A stretch of DNA of 64,000 nt, taken from contig NC_134034.1 of assembly GCF_964204645.1 (NCBI RefSeq), forward strand, positions 2,356,072 through 2,420,071. The letters are read 5' to 3'. Under the pieces are notes generated by a model. That model ran no database searches and was not told the DNA's origin. It saw only the letters and a list, made by a program, of their open reading frames with translations. Shown one piece after another: positions 60,887 to 64,000 of this stretch. A program made the position numbers and the translations under genes. Origin of the DNA: Tubulanus polymorphus. Taxonomy: Eukaryota > Animalia > Nemertea. Within the stretch, counting starts at the first letter, position 1. Each line of letters starts with the position of its first letter.

Positions 60887-61379
60887 CGTACGTAGACTCT
60901 GTGTCTGAAATGATATAAAGAAATTATATGAAAGAAAGCTGGTTTCTCTACTTTCTTTAAAAGCACGAAAATAAACCTTTATTCATTTTTTGGTATTTTT
61001 TCGTATAGAAAAAACATCTATCTAATCTATGAAGTCCTACGTTAGTCTCTACAAACGTTAGCCTGTTTAAAGGCGCTGCATTTCTCTTATCCACAGTCAG
61101 GTCGGACTAGTTTTTTTAGAATTTTTGGCTCTTCCCCACTCTAGAGTAGCAAAATCCCGATAGGTTAAGCAGATTAACTAAGTTAGTTCGTTTATTACTA
61201 ATACAATGCAAAGACTAATTCGAGCGTAGAGTCAAAATATCAAAGACATAATTGATTGCTAACTCATTTGACTAAGATTCAGGCAAATCTACCTCACAGG
61301 ACCTACTGTATCCGGGACCTACTGCTCCACTGTTACTAAGTTAGACCTACGGCGTCGATTCACTGCATAATGGACGATA

Positions 61380-61960
61380 TGGTTAATTTCGTGGAATTCT
61401 ATATAGCCTATTACTGGACCCTGTTTTAGACTATGAAATCCAGTTTACAGTATGGCGTTAGATTCCAAGAAACTACAAATACCTGACCGACAGGATATCT
61501 ATATTTGATTCCTGGGCTAAATTTGGAGTTTTTATAATACGTAGTCTAACAATGAATTTATTATTTCTTTATATAGGCCTAGTGCAATGCATACATTGCA
61601 ATCCGTTTGCAAAACTAAAATGAAACGAAACGAAAGTGAGATTGCGAAATCGTTGTGGGATTTGTTGTTACAACATTTCATACACACACAGCATCAGTGT
61701 TAATTCGCGAGTTCAGAGTTAACTTCCTCGATACGGAATCAACTAAACGAAAATGTAACGTACCTTCAATTCAAGACTCCGTCAAAATAACTATCGATTT
61801 CAAGAGATATTCAATATCTAAAGCGAGTATAATATCAGCCGTTAAATCCGCTAGCGACCGCTCGATCGAATGTTGTCTGGCTAAAATAATACCACCAGCA
61901 GGTATAACGGCTTTTTATAAATCGCGATAGATCTATGAATAATATTCGGGATTTCCCCAG
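61380..61960 (-). promoter_or_regulatory. Putative viperin promoter and non-coding exon 1
   Basis: Acceptor catttcag near 60905; donor at 61482; TATATAAA 61568-61575; GAAA repeats (ISRE-like) 61611-61640; ATTGCGAAAT 61641-61650; GGGATTTCCC 61948-61957; TTCnnnGAA at 61388 and 61463. Confidence 0.55.
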
Positions 61961-63772
61961 GTTTCACAGCAATTACGATGTATAGTATAACGACCCAACG
62001 CCAGTACGCCGTACGATTTCAGTTTTCGCGTAGGCATCCCCCTCTACGCGGTACTGCCGTAGAACATGGTTTTGTCTGATTGTAGAGACATCGAATCGAC
62101 ATCGATTTATTCATGTGACGTACAATGTGTGTTTGTTTTCATTCCGATGAATAAAATATACGTGTATATTTTATATAATAATCCAAGCATTTATGAATTC
62201 ATAGATCTGATGAAAACGACATCTAACAATCTCTTGAAAATTAAGGGACGGAAATTGCTTCTTAGGGTGATATACCTAAACGTAAAAGAAATGTATGTAT
62301 ATTTTGAGGTCAAACGCCAACTGCAAAATCAATGAACGATCGCCATACAAGGTTCATAATCACTTCGACGAATAAATACACAGCTATTTGATGATAAACT
62401 ATCAAATATTTCTTTTAGTTAGTTAACCGATCAGGGTCCAGTTACGTTGATAAAAAGCTTCCAGCTTGAAAATGTTAAGTAGATTTTCAAAATTCCCTGT
62501 ACCTGTACCGAGTAATAGGTGCCTACGAGTGATTACGTTGTACTGGGAAAATCCGGGTCGCGTTACGCCGTAAGGAACAACTGTACACCAATTCCACCAG
62601 ATGGCGCATTAGTGGCGAGGTACCATGCTGGTACGGATGATATTATTCCAGCGGTCGCGCAATTTTGGGTATATCCTCGTTGATGAAGATCTTTAGTAAA
62701 GGCAGATTTGATTATATCTCTGACAAGAAAACTCAAACATTGAAAATATGCGTGAATTCGATTTTCTGAAAATGATATCTTTTGCCCTAAAGATACACAT
62801 TTCATGACCACTAAAATCATAATTTTTACGTATTTTGCAGTCGACGACAATCCATTTTCAGTTTGAAAATGAATGCTTAAACGCAAGACTACAGGGACAT
62901 GAATAGGGACAGGGATTTGAATAGTGATTTTCACACCTTTCACGAACGATGTAGGACTGCCGTAAACAAGCGCTGGTAATTGCAAACGACGACATCAGTT
63001 TACGCATTTGCAGGTTTTTTTCACATGCTCGTTTTCGTTCTCACGAAAAGGTCAGTCCACAAAAAATCAGCGAGGACTTTAGGGGGAGGAGGGTGCATGT
63101 GCCCCTGTGCATCCCTGGATCAGCCGCTGAGGGGTGCAGAGTACCTTGATTGCCGTGTTTCTGTTAAACATGGGACCGGAGAGATACTCGCATCTTGTCT
63201 GGCCTCGTTCGTACAGACGAAAAAAAAACCTGTATTAACAGGTGACGGGTCATTGAACCGGCATAAATTCCCATAAATCATAGCGCGGTCCGGCGCCAGA
63301 CGAAAGACAGGCCACGAGGAAACCGATGATAAAATCAGTAACAATCTAAATCCCATCAGCGTCGTTACTGTAGTCGAGCTGTTGAACAGAGTGTATCACT
63401 GTTGTCTGATTATTCTTTATATCGAGTGTTTATCGGATTAGGAACTGACCGCCATCACACCTCTTACAAAGCAATCTACGACAAATTGGTTTACCAAGTT
63501 GAACTCGCCGGTATTCCGATGATACCCGTGCGTGGTAAAAGTGCACCTGTCAACCCCTTGGCACAGGGAAATTTAGCCCAAAACACATGTTAGAAATACG
63601 ATTTTCGATAAGGTCTCGATTCAATACTATAGTGGTAATCTAAAGTTTCACATGGAGACGGGGGTCTAGACTTTGTAATTGGAAAATTAAAAAAAAAGGA
63701 TCATTTTCTGGGCATCTAGGGAAATTCTTAAACAAAGGGTCATGCAATCATTTGACCACATTAGTTCAACTT

Positions 63773-64000
<228 letters not shown>

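Overview
AT-rich, intron-rich animal genomic DNA. A marine invertebrate is likely, possibly spiralian, but the host cannot be fixed from sequence alone. From left to right the window holds: (1) the 5' part of EFTUD2/Snu114 (- strand) with satellite-filled introns; (2) a probable + strand non-coding transcript containing a ~230-bp G-U-rich hairpin; (3) a 2-exon secreted cationic protein gene; (4) a cluster of four intact and one pseudogenised 3-exon genes for ~40-aa, 6-Cys peptides with a sea-anemone-toxin/beta-defensin-type framework, mostly missed by the ORF track; (5) two F-type lectin + PAN/apple genes; (6) a full-length, intact L1/Tx1-type retrotransposon inserted, with a target-site duplication, into a U1 snRNA gene and carrying the 5' end of a histone H4 mRNA on its own 5' end; (7) a secreted Ig-domain gene; (8) an intronless class A GPCR; (9) a complete viperin (RSAD2) gene with an ISRE/GAS/kB-rich promoter. 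The strongest novelty candidates are the H4-headed Tx1 element in U1, the toxin/defensin-like cluster and the hairpin RNA. All exon models and alignments were read by hand and need confirmation.
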